From Octopus vulgaris (lineage: Eukaryota), in NCBI GenBank assembly GCA_951406725.2, contig OX597817.1, positions 115,134,001-115,198,000 of the forward strand: 64,000 nucleotides of DNA, written 5' to 3'. Made by a program: the position numbers and the translations under genes. A model generated the notes under the pieces. That model was not told the DNA's origin. It saw only the letters and a program-made list of their open reading frames with translations, and did no database searches. Positions 39,066 to 53,401 of this stretch are shown here, one piece after another. Numbering within the stretch: position 1 is the stretch's first letter; each line of letters begins with the position of its first letter.

Positions 39066-41219
39066 GCACACATGCACACACAGACGCATACACATATTTA
39101 GGAAAGTGTATATGAGTTAAATGAAAAGCTAAAGCTATTAATACAAAACTGAATATAATATAATAAATATTTACAGTCTTTCTATGTATTGTATATTATT
39201 TCCTCTGGTTTACAAACTTGAACGTGCATTCAAACACATCCAATATGTGTCTCTCTTATCTCTGTCTACCTATCTATCTATCTGTCTGTTTGCCTGTCTG
39301 TCTGTTTGTCCGGTCAGCCGGCTGTCTACTTCCCTGTCTATCTGTCTCTCTAATATGCAGATTAATATGATATGCTCATACATCAGTTGAAAATATTTCG
39401 AATTGGGTTGATGATAATTTCTATTTGAATTTGTGTACGAATATATTTGTATATGCATTCACATGCGTGCAGAAACAACTTATTTTCATATCAGTCCTTG
39501 TTTATGGATTTGAGCGTACATATGTCTATTTGTTTCTAAGTCTCTTTACGTTCTTATAGATATATGTGTACATGCGTATATGTGTGCGTATTGATGTAAT
39601 ATTTCGTAACAAAGGCACACAAACATATATACACAATGTATGTGTTAATGTTTGCAGTTTGCATGTAGATGTGTATTTATGCGTGAGGAAGCGTGTACGT
39701 AAATATTTGTGTCTGTTCTATGGCCTTATTGCTTTTATTTCTACCGTTGTTGTTATTACCAGATTGAAAATCACTAAATTTAAAGGTCATCCACTCGTTA
39801 CTATGCTGTCTTTTCCTTTCTAAACAAAATCCTCGAAGTGGGAGAGTCATCAGAGCATTGGACAGAGTTCTTTGCAGTATTTGTTTTGCATTCTTAGTTC
39901 AAATTCCTCCGAGGTAAACTTAATCTTGCTTCCTGAAGGTATCAATGAATAAAGTACCAGATCACGGCAGTATTTAAGGAATTGTGGAAGTGTCGAATAG
40001 AATGGCTTGCGATATCTGTTCTGGTTGTTTCTTTTCTTAGTTAAATTTCCGTTAAACTTCCACCCCAAATTTTCGAATAGTCTTCGTGGTAGGAAACGGT
40101 TTCTAGATTCTGAAAGTAAGTTGAAGAGACTTGTCGATTTCCGAAACATCTCCGTCAGATTTAGACAAAATATTTATCACTACCTACGTCATTGAATTTC
40201 TCTTTTGTTCACAATGTAGGGGGTTGTTTGAGAGAATATGAATCCTCTTTCTCCAAGAGCACGTGTGCAAAGAACCTAGCGTGTCTGCACACTGTTATAG
40301 CTACTTTTATTTTAGGAAGAATCTTGTAATCGTTAGTGTGTTTGTTCCTCACTAGTAATCGCCGTAGATGTAAGAATTCTTCTCATAATCAAGAAAGGTA
40401 TTGATATTGAAGTATATTGTGTGTTTGTTTTGACTGAAGTCAATGTTACTGAAGTAGACAGGATCCTTTGAGCAGGGATCGTTCGGACAACATCAGTAAT
40501 GAATATGCCTAAATTATCTAATTTCATCTGTCATTAATTAAGTGCTAAAACAATGTAACGAGTGCTAAAGCTTTTAATAGTCACAATTTGTAGTTGCATC
40601 AAAGTGGGGGCAAACACTGTAGATCAATGCTTAAATCACACCAAACAAAGAAAAGTGTGGTAACTGAAAGCCTTAAAAAAAAGAAATATAACTAGGGAAG
40701 ATGTTTGTATCATTATAGCAAACCGATGTGGAAAACCTATTTTGTTCTTACAATGTGCTGTACTTATGTAGCTTCAATGACCAGTATAGTATACCAAACA
40801 CTCATGCATTCAAGTAATGCATTCTTTCTTCTTTTGTTTTGTCTTTTGCTTTGTAAATATGTTGAAAATGCTTCTTCTACTGTAGAAGCATGACCAGCTG
40901 GCGAGAAAATGTGATAGTTTCGTATTCAATTAGCTTTTCAAAGTTTACACATTTCCTGTCAGATATCTGAATTTGTAAATACACGCTAATCACGTGAAGT
41001 ATACTGAGCAGTTTTCAGGCTTGTCGTTTCCTGTTGCCAAGGAGATGTCAATTGTTTTTGTATTCGTTATATGCAATTCGTGCGAGTAAATAATTGCATG
41101 TCATGTAAAATAATTTAAAACCACTGCACCATACATGTATACATTCTTGCCTCCACATATATATATATATATATATATGTATGAATGTGTGTGTGTGTGT
41201 GAGTATGTATATATATGTA

Positions 41220-41263
<44 letters not shown>

Positions 41264-41349
41264 AGTAGGTGCACTTATGTAAATCTGTGGGTAAATATTT
41301 TTCATATATGCATATAATATTCATATATCACATATATGAATATATATAC

Positions 41350-41404
<55 letters not shown>

Positions 41405-42687
41405 TACATAAGTATGCGGACGTAAGCACACGCGAGCACTCACATACAGACGCTTCTACTATAAAGAATATTCACTAACCAATGTAATTTTATGTATGAT
41501 TCAAGCCATTTCCTCCTCTTGGGCCACCGAACACCAAATATTGATTGTCCAACAACATAAAAGTTAAAGATAGTCAATGCAACGGTGACATATCATGTGA
41601 ACTTTGTATACATGAGTCTAGTGTTCTTTAGGGTTTATCAGGGATTGTTTGGGAACAAGCACAACATTCATTCTTAAAAAGGAAATTGATTTTGCTGCTA
41701 GTTCAGGAATCATACTTGACATATATTCTTATTGATCAGATGGAAAAGACGAATAACTTTGAAAAGTATTGTAGTAATATTCCAGTTATGTTTATAGTGT
41801 ATGTACATCGCTAAGCGATTAGACAACTGTCTCTGTAATAGTTAGACTGTGCAACATTGAATTTAAGATGTTATTCTGTAGCTAATTTAATGATATTAAC
41901 ATAACATTTGTCAGATAATCTTACTTAACTCCTCTAGGAATGCTTCCGTTCATTAGAATAGATTAATTAAGAGTTGTTTACAAAAATTAACATTTAACAC
42001 TATGTTTAGTTCATATTCAAATAATATCTCAAGATTAAATCTTATAATATGCAAATTTTGACTTTAGCTTTCTCTAATATAGCAACAAAATTCCGAAAGG
42101 ATTTGAAAAACAAGTTGCATGCAAACGCCTATGCATACAAACATATAAACAAATACGCACATATAAGGTGTGTGAAGTTGTATGCATGTCTATAAAATCT
42201 ATCTCTCTATCTATCTATTTATCAATAGATAGATAGTTATAGATATAGTTAGATGTGTAGATATATATCGGTGCATGTCACCAATGTATGTGTTTCATAA
42301 TTCTATATCAATTATATCAAGACGGCTAAGACACCATTGTTAAGACATTCCTAAGATAATATGGTCAGTATTTTCTCGTTTTCTTTAATCTTGTCCCATC
42401 TATATCTATCTCTATCACTCGTAAGTAGAAAATATACGAACAGACGCACATGTACGGTATAAAGTTAATCTTAAGAAACATCAACTAAATTCAAGTTAAT
42501 GTTTTGCTTTTCTGTTCAATCTCTCCCATTCCCTCTCTCTCTTTCTCTCTCTCTCTCTATCTATCTATCTCTTCGTCCGTCTATCCGTCTGTCTGGCTGT
42601 CCGTCCGTCTGTCTGTTCGTCCGTCCGTCCATCCATTTGTCTATCTATTTATCTATCTATTTATCTATCTATTTATCTATCTATTAC

Positions 42688-42735
<48 letters not shown>

Positions 42736-42770
42736 TCTCATAGATAAATAGGTAGATAGATATACACACA

Positions 42771-42817
<47 letters not shown>

Positions 42818-43588
42818 GCACACTCGCACACACACACATACAAACAAACACACACTCTCATACGCACGCTCACACTCACATACAGTCAACACTTTTACTT
42901 TTGACCAGGGAAATATTTTCACTATTCTGAAACCCTGCAAACGAGGAAGTGAAGACATTTAAACAGAAATAGGGTTTATTTATTTACATTTTAGCAATAT
43001 AACGGGCGAGTTTTGGATGAATGAGAAAGATCACTGTCGTTTTCAAATCTGTTTGTCGCTAAATGTTGAAGATAAAACACGACAATTCCAATAAAAGAAA
43101 ACGGTGTAACATCGGATAATGAGATTAATGCTGTAGTTTGATCCTGTAATATAATATTGCTTTCACATTACTTACTTACTTGGACATAGTGTACGACTAC
43201 CTTGATGGGAGAGATTTCAAATGAATGCTTGTCTATTGACGTTTTTGGATTAATTTGGTCGTTCAATCCCTCGGTAGTCAACGATTGATGCGGCTCATTA
43301 TTACCCTCATTTCTTTCTCTGTAGCTGAATCTCTTTCTCTTCTGTCTGTCATGAAGGTTTAACTGTCTATGTGTCCTTTGATCCTCTTTTATGAGCTGAG
43401 CTAAGGTTAATCAAATCCTCATTGATTTGCAATAAACAACTTTTGATTAGTCAGAGTTTTTGTTGAAATCAGTTAATGAATTTGATGTATTGCTGTCCAC
43501 CGTCATTGATCTGTTTGTTCATGACATTATCATACAATCTGTAATATCTGTTCTTGTTAACGAACATTTCTAATTGGAAAGAAAACTG

Positions 43589-43760
43589 TCAGGTTTCAAA
43601 TTGAGGGACCCTGCTACAACGTTTACAGAAGATAGAAATAAAAATGATAAATAAACTTCTGTAGCAGGTCCCTCAAATCGAAAACTACCAGGTTTCAAAT
43701 TGGGGGACCTGCTACATTTACGGAAGATAAAAATAAAATGATAGATAAACCTCTTTCTAG
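43589..43760. repeat. About 100-bp hairpin unit, 1.7 tandem copies
   Basis: caggtttcaaattg(a/g)gggacc(c)tgctaca starts near 43589 and 43688; inverted tgtagcaggtccctcaaatcgaaaac at about 43659-43685. Confidence 0.75.
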
Positions 43761-43814
43761 CTAAAAATCTCTCAAACTATTTACACTGCATATCTCTCAA
43801 ACAATTCACACTGA

Positions 43815-43884
<70 letters not shown>

Positions 43885-44212
43885 TCACGCACACACGCGT
43901 GCAGAAACATACGCATAACAGGTGCACAAACACACGCACATTCACAGACACATTAAGAAACGCATACACACGTGTGCGTATGAATGTATAGATAGATCCA
44001 TATATGAATAGATTCATGCACACGTTTTCGCCAATATTTTTCTCTTCTGAAAACTTTCTCGACAAAAAAATCCCAGGTTTTCATAAAATGGAAACGCACA
44101 CTTCTTCACGAACAAAACCACATATATCGCGATAGTAATATCACACGTACGCACACATACATACTCAATCACATATAGTTACTCATGCGCAGACATTGTA
44201 TGTCTGCACATA

Positions 44213-44273
<61 letters not shown>

Positions 44274-44277
44274 ACAC

Positions 44278-44363
<86 letters not shown>

Positions 44364-44405
44364 GTGTGTGTGTATAGAAATATGCGATGATTTTAAAATT
44401 CTGTA

Positions 44406-44689
44406 AATGATAATATTTTATGAGCTGAAAGCTTATAAGCGTTCACCGTGTATTGACTAAAGAAAATAGTGTGATATTAGGGCATTTAAGCCATCGACGA
44501 AAGAATGTGGGTTTTCCGTACGCATAGCACTCGAACTCACAATACTATATTTCCGTGATAAGTGTGCTACCATTTACACCAACGTACTCACTCACTTTTT
44601 CCATCGAGGGCTTATAAGCTCCAATATTATACTATTTGTTTTAGTCAATACACGATGATCGGTTATTAGCTTTAAGCTCATAAAGTAAC

Positions 44690-44692
<3 letters not shown>
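44406..44692 (-). mobile_element. Fold-back element enclosing a tRNA-like sequence
   Basis: Imperfect arms about 44406-44505 and 44595-44692; centre 44588-44515 on minus has A box TGGTGTAAATGG, B-box-like GAGTTCGAGTG and acceptor stem GTACGT/GCGTAC. Confidence 0.7.
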
Positions 44693-44735
<43 letters not shown>

Positions 44736-45114
44736 CGAGGGTATGAGAGATATTAGTATCTAGAAGACCCAAAGAGTGGCAGGTAACGCTAAGTAAGTGC
44801 TATGGAGAGACCGTAGTTAACTCTTGGTTCGATAGAGATACAAGAGAGGAGTCTAATGTGGGTTTGTATTTGCATGCGTATGTATATTAGACAAAATGGG
44901 ATAACAAAGCCAAGGCTGTGGGGTGTTTTCAGGACATTTATAAGGAAAAAGATATATATATTGTCTTACATCTGTTTCTGTGATATTATGGATATGCCTT
45001 CATCAAAGACGATGTGAGATGGTTAAACAGAGGTAAATATTTGAGTTCGAAATAAGGAATTATTATGGAAAATGAGGAGATAGGGAATATAGAGGGAAAT
45101 GAGACAATGAATAC

Positions 45115-45520
45115 TATTTACTCTTTTACTTGTTTCAGTCATTTGACTGAGGCCATGCTGGAGCACCGCCTTTAATCGAGCAACTCGACCCCGGGACTTA
45201 TTCTTTTGTAAGCCCAGTACTTATTCTATCGGTATCTTTTGCCGAACCGCTAAGTAACGGGAACATAAACACACCAGCATCGGTTGTCAATCAATGCTAG
45301 GGGGACAAACACAGACACACAAACACACACACGCATATATATATATACATATATACGATGGGCTTCTTTCAGTTTCCGTCTACCAAATCCACTCACAAGG
45401 CTTTGGTCGGCCCGAGGCTATAGTAAAAGACACTTGCCCAAGGTGCCACGCAGTGGGACTGAATCCGGAACCCTGTGGTTGGTAAACAAGCTACTTACCA
45501 CACAGCCACTCCTGCGCCTG
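45115..45520 (-). mobile_element. Full-length SINE family B
   Basis: Minus ggcgcaggagtggctgtgtggtaag head, ccttgggcaagtgtct core, tgactgaaacaagtaaaagagta tail. Confidence 0.92.
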
Positions 45521-45737
45521 TAGAAATGTAGAAATAAAATATAAAATATATAAAGATATTGTAGTTGTAGTTCCATTATTCATGGAAAATCGTGTTTAGA
45601 AGTGGTAAGAAAGTTTCGTGTACATTTTATATTTTATTTCTACTTTCATTCTCTCATTTCTCTCTATATTCCTCATTTTCCATAATAATTCTTTATTTCG
45701 AACTCAAATATTTACCTCTATTTAACCATCTCACATC

Positions 45738-45785
45738 GTCTCTGATGACGGGATATCCATAATATCGCAGAAATAGCTGTAAGAT
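45738..45785 (+). ncRNA. Type-I hammerhead motif
   Basis: GTCT-CTGATGA-cgg-GATAT-ccata-ATATC-gca-GAAAT-AGCT-GTA-AGAT; the sister copy supplies GAAAC and AGAC. Confidence 0.65.
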
Positions 45786-46163
45786 TATATCTATATTTTT
45801 TTCCTTATAGATGTCCTGAAAACTACTCACAGCCTTGTCTTTTTTTTAAATCTCATTTTGTCATATATATATATATATATATATAAGGTGTATGGGTGTA
45901 TATATATATTAATTACACGACGGGCTTTTGCACATTTCCTTCTACCAAATTCACTCACAAGATTTACGATGAGCTATACTAGACTACACTTACTCTGGGT
46001 GTCGGGCAGCGGGACTGAATTGGAACCCATGTGGCCTCAAAGTGACGTGAATTTCTTAACCACAGTCATGCTTGCCTAGGCTATGTCTGCTCCTGTGCTC
46101 CTGTACACCGCGGCCACATTACTGAAATATGAAAGAAATACACACACATACATACATACAATG

Positions 46164-46210
<47 letters not shown>

Positions 46211-46417
46211 ATTTATGCATGCATCGCGTTATGTTTTGTTTGTGCTCTGAGAAACAGATTTTAAAACAATTCTGTTACAAATTATACAAACATTGAAATA
46301 TCAATTTCATGCTGAATAACCACGGTTCGAATTCAACTAACTGACTCATAAATCAGTATCTTGTTTCATGAGCGAAGCCGATTATTCGTTTAGTATCCAT
46401 TATTACTTGTTTGAAAT

Positions 46418-46715
46418 AAGGTGGCAAACTGGCAGAATCGTTATCACGCCGGACAAAATGTTTATATGCTCTGAGTTCGGTTCGATGAAATAAGCACTAA
46501 ACGAGCGCCACGGATCGATGTAGTTGACTAGTCAAATTTCGCCTTTCATCATTTCGGGGTCGATAAATTAAGTACCAGTTGCGTACTGGGGTCGATCTAA
46601 TCGACTGGCACCCTCCCCCAAAATTCTGGGCCTTATGCCTAGAATAGAACAGGATGTAGCTGACTAGTTTTCTCCCGCCAAAATGTCGGGCTTTGTGCCT
46701 ATAGAGGAAAAGGTT
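46418..46715 (+). mobile_element. Nested or rearranged SINE family A
   Basis: ggtggcaaactggcagaatcg head, cctttcatcatttcggggtcgataaattaagtacc core, duplicated tail. Confidence 0.75.
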
Positions 46716-46756
46716 ATTAGCTAGAAGTACTTGAATTCGCGAAACATTGTATTAAA

Positions 46757-47058
46757 TTTTGTTCCTTCTCGAGCCACGCCTGGCTCATAAGAGCCGGTTT
46801 CCCGTTTTCCTTGGCGTATATGTTCCCCACCTGGACGGGACGCCGGTCCGTCGCAGGTCAGCTGCAAGATGCAGGAGGAAAGAGTGAGAGAAAGTTGTGG
46901 CGAAAGAATCAGCAGAAGTTCGCCATTACCTTCTGCCCGAGGCGCGTTGAGCTTAGGTGTTTCGCTCATAAACACACACATCGCCCGGTCTGAGATTCGA
47001 ACCCGCGATCCCTCCACCGCGAATCCGCTGCTCTAACCACTAGGCCATGTGCTTCCAC
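46757..47058 (-). mobile_element. tRNA(Arg)-like SINE related to family C
   Basis: Minus TGGCCTAGTGG A box, TTCGC loop and GGTTCGAATCTC B box; tail motif shared with the 60237 copy. Confidence 0.85.
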
Positions 47059-47767
47059 ATTGTATTAAATACCTTTACTTAATTCTTGTGATCAGGAGAA
47101 TTTGTTTTTGTCTGAAACAATTTACCACAAATATTTAATGAACTCAAATTTAGTCATGACACTTCTTCTATTCCTCGTTGTTTGCATACATGAAATTGCT
47201 GCAGTTTTATTACGGCCTATGTTCCTTACAGTTCCACGCACTACATTATATTTTACGAAGTCAAGCTGTTTTATTTTCAATTTCCGATCCGAATAGCTCA
47301 TTCTAATATTTTACGACTTCTAAGTAATCATATGGAATTGACCCTCTCCTCCATTTTTAAGTATTCTAACTTACCTCATTTATATTTCTATTATGGATAG
47401 TTATTGAGGTGAGTTTAGCTATAATATTTTCGTGGTTAATGCCCTGTTAATTGAAACTGGACACCATTTTAGACAGAATGAGTTATATAAAGCAAACGGC
47501 GAGAAATTACAATTCATATGGAAACCAAATACCGTAAACAACTACTGCAAAATACATTACTTTGATTGGTTGTTTTGAACACATGATCTTTGTTATGAGA
47601 TTTGCCACACATACGCTTTGTGCATATAAGATATTGTATCTGTTTGTAAATAGCATTAATTCGACAAGTGAGAGAATAAGAGCCGTGTTAACGGGAGAGA
47701 TTTTATACATACATACATACATACATACATACATACATACATACATACATACATGCATACATACATA

Positions 47768-47830
<63 letters not shown>

Positions 47831-48353
47831 GCATCTAGATTCGCTTATTGTGCGACAATTAGTCCATCCGGATTTCGGCTCTTATTGTCAATCTCGTTAA
47901 GCTCCCACCGTTGCTTATTCACATGGGGCCCTGCACACTCTGGAGTGGGCTGTAACGTGGTATAAGGGCACATCAATAACGAGGAAGAATATGTTCTGTG
48001 TTTTTTAAATTATGTGTGTATATATATATATATTATATGTAGAAAAATACAAACTGGGACAAGAACGTAAAACATTTGGAAGACGATACAAAAAAAATTC
48101 GAAGCCTTCAATCTTCAGTCAAGAACCGGATCATCCTAGCAATTTCGGCTGATTAATCTTGAGATCGCTCCGATCCGGCCAGCCCCAAGGAAAAACTAAG
48201 CTACGAGCATTAGATTTCTTGGAAAAAGGATCGAATGTATACGAAACAACGACAGAAAAACGGACGATGCCACACGAATATAAATACAAAAAACAATAAT
48301 GGTAATAACAGGACAAAAACAGCGGGTGTCTTACGACTAAAGACAGTCCAACT

Positions 48354-48394
<41 letters not shown>

Positions 48395-48424
48395 GCAAAG
48401 TAATTTATTTTACTAAGCCCTAAT

Positions 48425-48485
<61 letters not shown>

Positions 48486-48555
48486 TAAAACGGTAAGATA
48501 ACAAAAGAAAGAAAGAGACCTCAATATTATGTAAATAGAGGAAATTTATCTATAC

Positions 48556-48722
48556 AATAATATGTTACATTACTCGATAGACAAGATAAAACTCTGAGTT
48601 TCAGATGCCGAAGTGGAAATCCACAACACCATCTCTTCGGTTATCTGGCTATTGTGGATTTCCACTTCGGCATCTGAAACTCAGAGTTTTATCTTGTCTA
48701 TCGAGTAATGTAACATATTATT
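48556..48722. repeat. Perfect 71-bp inverted repeat with 25-nt loop
   Basis: Arms 48556-48626 and 48652-48722, between (AT)n tracts. Confidence 0.92.
48584..48646 (-). ncRNA. Variant type-I hammerhead-like motif
   Basis: AGATAA-CCGAAGA-GATG...GTGGA-TT-TCCAC...CATC-T-GAAAC-TCAGA-GTT-TTATCT; 6-bp stem I, palindromic stem III ACTC/GAGT, U4C core change. Confidence 0.6.
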
Positions 48723-48888
48723 TTGTATATATATATATATATATATGTATCTTTTTCATTTTTTCTTTCTTTCTATCCATTTCAGCTCACGAGCTGCGGC
48801 CATTTTGGGGCACCGCCATATATATATATATATACATATACACACATAAATTTATGTAAATATATACACACACAAACACACACACATG

Positions 48889-48934
<46 letters not shown>

Positions 48935-49316
48935 CACGCGCCTATTTACACGTGCATATGTGCACACGCGCCTATCTACGATACACATGATACATACATA
49001 CTCGCGCATATATATGTATGTATGTATGTATGTATGATGTGTATATATATATATATATATATACGATATATAAAAAATATTTCTGTGTATATATATATAA
49101 GTTTGTATGTGCATATATATATATATATATACATATATATATACGAATATCTATATACATATTAATGCAACTCGTGTAAAGTGAGGACAATGTGAGAAGG
49201 TAGAAAGTAAACTACAAGAGGAAAGGAAAACCTAAACAAAGTAAAACTGCAATCTATTTAAAGTTATACAAAACAATGCTTCACCAAATCCACTTCATTT
49301 TGACACACACACACAC

Positions 49317-49351
<35 letters not shown>

Positions 49352-49401
49352 TGTATGTATGTATGTATGTATGTATGTATGTATGTATGTATGTATGTGT
49401 G

Positions 49402-49450
<49 letters not shown>

Positions 49451-52400
49451 ACGTTTAGTTTTCTCCTCCAACATTCTGGGTTTGTAATCTGTACGGAAGA
49501 GTCATGGTTCTCCATTCTTCGAAAGTGAATACAGTATGTTGCAGAGCATATAATGAAGTCCAATCAACCGACGAAACCTAATCCCAGCCGAGAGTGATAC
49601 GGTGCTTAATAGAACAAAAATCAAACAAAATCAATATTATTGATTTCTTTCGTGATTACACGATCTTATATTTACTCTTTCATGAGAACATTGTTGCAGT
49701 AAATGAAGTGAAAAGCCTTCAAAACTCCACATTAAACATAGAGCACCCTCTTCGTTTACACAATATAGCCTTACCGTAATTCAAAAGATGTTAGGATTAC
49801 TAATTTAGATGATTCTGTATCAAGGTTAGATTGCAAGTAATACATTTTTTAATTGTATAAAGTATTCCCCCGGGGAAACAAGAGCCTTGATTGTTAGAAC
49901 AAATTCCTTTATCGAATAAAAAAAGCATTAAATACGGTTGTGGTAGCTCTATAAACATGGGGTCTTGCGTACAATTCTTAACCAGAATCTAATATTTGAG
50001 AAAGTGTATTGTTAAGCTGTTGATTAATCCTTATTCAGTCGGAATTATATACCCAATTTTGAACAGAAAATTGCCACTTATGGCCCTGAACCGTTCAAGG
50101 ATGGAAAAGCCCCCACAAAATTGAAGGCCCTTTAGAAAACTAAAATCTATTGATATCACTCAAAAGTACTAGGTGAAAAAATATTTTGTTTTACTGCTTA
50201 ACGTAATTATTGTAATTATTGCTTACTTAAAACGGTTTCCCAGATATTATTTTTTACTCACTACTAGATTTCTTTTTGTAAATACTAGGTAGCTCTCATC
50301 CCAAACATTTTCCACTCAATTAGATTCACCACTACGCACACGTACATTTTAAGCACGAAAGTACTTCTGGTCTTTTCAAACAAACAAGACCGGGGATCCT
50401 AACAATGCACCTCAGACTTTGCACCATTGAGCTAATTTCTGGTCTTACAACACTTTTCAATCACTTCCTTCATGCTTAAATCCAACTTAGGAAAATACAC
50501 ATTAGTGATTACATTCTCAAGAAGAGCAGCCCTTCTTATCCTGCACATTTCCATCCAATTGCAATCACTTCATAAGCTCATAAGCTGAAGAACCTGTGGT
50601 TGACGGGAACCTTTAACAACACCTAAGAATCTTGCTTCGTTTTTAATTACAAGGAATGTTTTCAAAGCAGTATCAAAAGTTTGCAATACCATTAATGCAT
50701 ACACGTCGTCCTGTCAAAGACCAAATTTCAAACACGAAAACAAAATAGATGGTTTTTACTAGATCTCTTTCAGTTAACTACATGGCCATTACGTGAAAGA
50801 AAAGGGGATATGGTCGAGCAGAGCAAGCTGGCTACAACCGTTCACTAGATCTATTAACTAAGAAATATTCATTAGTTTAAGACGTTAATTTAGAGCGGGA
50901 AACGAAGGAATTGATACCTAGTTCCAAGTTACGCATTTCAAGGTAATTATTTAGCTGACTTGCAATGTCATGGATTTAACACTACTAAGTAACATTTATG
51001 CAACAAAGCGAAATAATTTTTAGACAACATTGATTTTCATTCCAGTAATAGACGTAAGTTCATATCAATGTTTTTAGAAGTGTTAATACCTTCTTAAAGC
51101 ATTGGTGGTGTACTTAGCACGAAGAATCTGTGAAAATCCCTTTAAAAATGGACAGTGATAACTGCAGATATAATTCATTGTAAAGGGAAGAAATCTTACT
51201 ATCGATCTCATTTAAAAGTAACACTGTATCTGCTTGATTATTATTCGTTTGGAGAATGTAAATATTCTCTAACAAGCTACATCTGGAGTAGGTGGATAAC
51301 GATTCTAATTAATTTTTCTCCGCTGTTGCAGTGTCGAATCAATGACAAAAATATTGATGCAGAGCAAGAACAAGCAATTGTAAATTGCTTTTGTTGATAT
51401 AAAGAAGTATCTGATAGAGTGAAAATTACAGATGTCCGGGTTGATAAAATGTCAGGCAAACAAGCCAACAGGTTGATGGTTCCCAGTCAATCACCAGCAG
51501 TGTAGTGTTTATGTCTAAGATAATTAACTGTCGCTGGTTCAGGATACTTGTTGTAAATAGTTGTCGTGAGTTAGATACAACTTACTACTTCGAACACGGA
51601 ATAGAATATGACAAATATTTTGTTAGCTGGTATTGATAACTCAAGTTTTCCGTTTCGTTTGCTTGGAGAAGATAACGGAGATCTTGAGGATAATGTTGTT
51701 GTTTATATTGATGTTGTTGGCGATGCTGACAACGACAATGATGACGAAGACGACGACAACGATGAGGATGATGATGATGACGATAATGTTGACGAAAAAA
51801 CTTTTGACGATACCGATGGTGATGATGTTAATTATGATGATGATGATAATGAGGATCCTGATGCTGATGACGATATCAATGCTAATGATAGCTTTGATGA
51901 CTATAACGACGATTATAATAATGAGGATAATGATGTTTATGATAAGAAGCACTAATTATGTTGGTGACGCTGACAACCATACTTCTGAGATCGAAGATAC
52001 TGATAATGAGATTACTATGAAGTAATATGAATTTATGGCAATGAAGACAACGTTGCCGACGATGATGAATATGTGACAATAAGGACGTGAATAAAGATTA
52101 TTAAACAACATTGATAATATAGTGTCTTTTTAGAAAGAAATTAAATATACACTACGTTAAACTTGATACCGTGGCTTAAATAATAATAAAAAAAAACTTT
52201 CACATTCAGTGAGTTTTCTACCACTTCCTCGTGACACTACTTCCTCGTGACTTTTTCGTTTTATGATTTCAGTTATACATCTGGGTGATGTATTGCGACG
52301 GACATAATGGCTTGTGGTACTAAGTATTGACTTCTTAGCTAAAATTCTATCATGATGGATATTACCTTTTACTTTCTGGTCCCGATAGCAAAAGGTACTG

Positions 52401-53401
52401 ATTAAATACTAGATTCAATTTTACTGATTTAATCCCCATCCAAATTTCTGAGATTGGGTCCTTGTTAGAATGTATTATTTACATTATAATATAATTGTGT
52501 GTTATTAAGAAAAAATAATTTCTTATACAAACACTAGGATAAATTGTAGAGGGGAATAAACTGTATTAAATTGACTGGTCTTAAATTTAAGACCAGTCAA
52601 ATAAGACCTGTTATACTTAACAAGTCTTATTTTATCGAATTAGAGGAAAGACGAAAGAAAAAAGTTTACGTAGGTGAAATTTTGAATTTAGAACGTAAAG
52701 AGACATATCTAAACTTTAGAAATTGCATTTTTCATGTCTGGCGCGTTGCCAAATCTGCCATCTACAGCGATAATGAAGCAAACATTAAAAGTTACAAAAT
52801 TAGAAATAAAACTCTAAACGACGGAGATTTTTTTGGCAAGTACTTAATACTCATGACTGATTGTAGACATTTATCTTCCCAGCAGGCCTGCTAACATGAC
52901 ACTTTGCAGAATTTGTAAATTAACCGCACTATAAAAATATGTAAATAAAATATGAAAATAAGATTAGAAAATAAATAAATAAATAGATACCAAATCAGAA
53001 ACGAAACACTTAAATTTTCTTTATTGAATTATTTCAAAGTTAAAAGCATGGGCAAGAATTAGTGATACCATAAACTGTTTTATTTATTTTTAAGAAAAGA
53101 CATATATGTTCTATTTTGTTAACCTAATAGCATTTCTAGAAAGCTCTGCATAGGCAAAAATGATAGGAACTATGTTATAAGATGTTAGGTTCGTTCCCGA
53201 AATATCTGAGCTCCTGAGTTCAAATTTCATTGTGGTCATCTTAGATATTCATTCTATAATATTGGATAATACACTAAAGAACACTTCGACTTATTTCTCA
53301 TCAGCTGTAAATGACTAATGTACATAACTTTCCAGTGAACCACAAACATGGCAATGCAAATCACGGTTTGTAGTTGGCATAATTTATATAAATTATAGTT
53401 T

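Larger units (their letters stand above)
44733..45860. mobile_element. Inverted pair of HHR-bearing PLE-type repeats interrupted by a SINE
   Basis: Left arm about 44890-45110 plus 45528-45553 mirrors 45620-45860; HHR motifs at 44963-45010 (-) and 45738-45785 (+). Confidence 0.8.

Noticed and set aside
39850-40527. Minus-strand ORFs as host exons
   Set aside because: No domain similarity or clear splice pair; one runs into a SINE remnant.
46980-47058. Functional tRNA genes at SINE heads (also 7596, 60237, 44515, 22826)
   Set aside because: Stems are degenerate and the sequences continue into repeat bodies.
48095-48125. Hammerhead-like CTGAAGA...GAA on minus in the 48040-48358 repeat
   Set aside because: No GAAA, stem III or stem I partner can be built.
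51608-52090. Asp-rich 115-aa ORF resembling an acidic matrix protein
   Set aside because: Degenerate (GAT/GAC)n tract open in several frames; no signal peptide or splice support.
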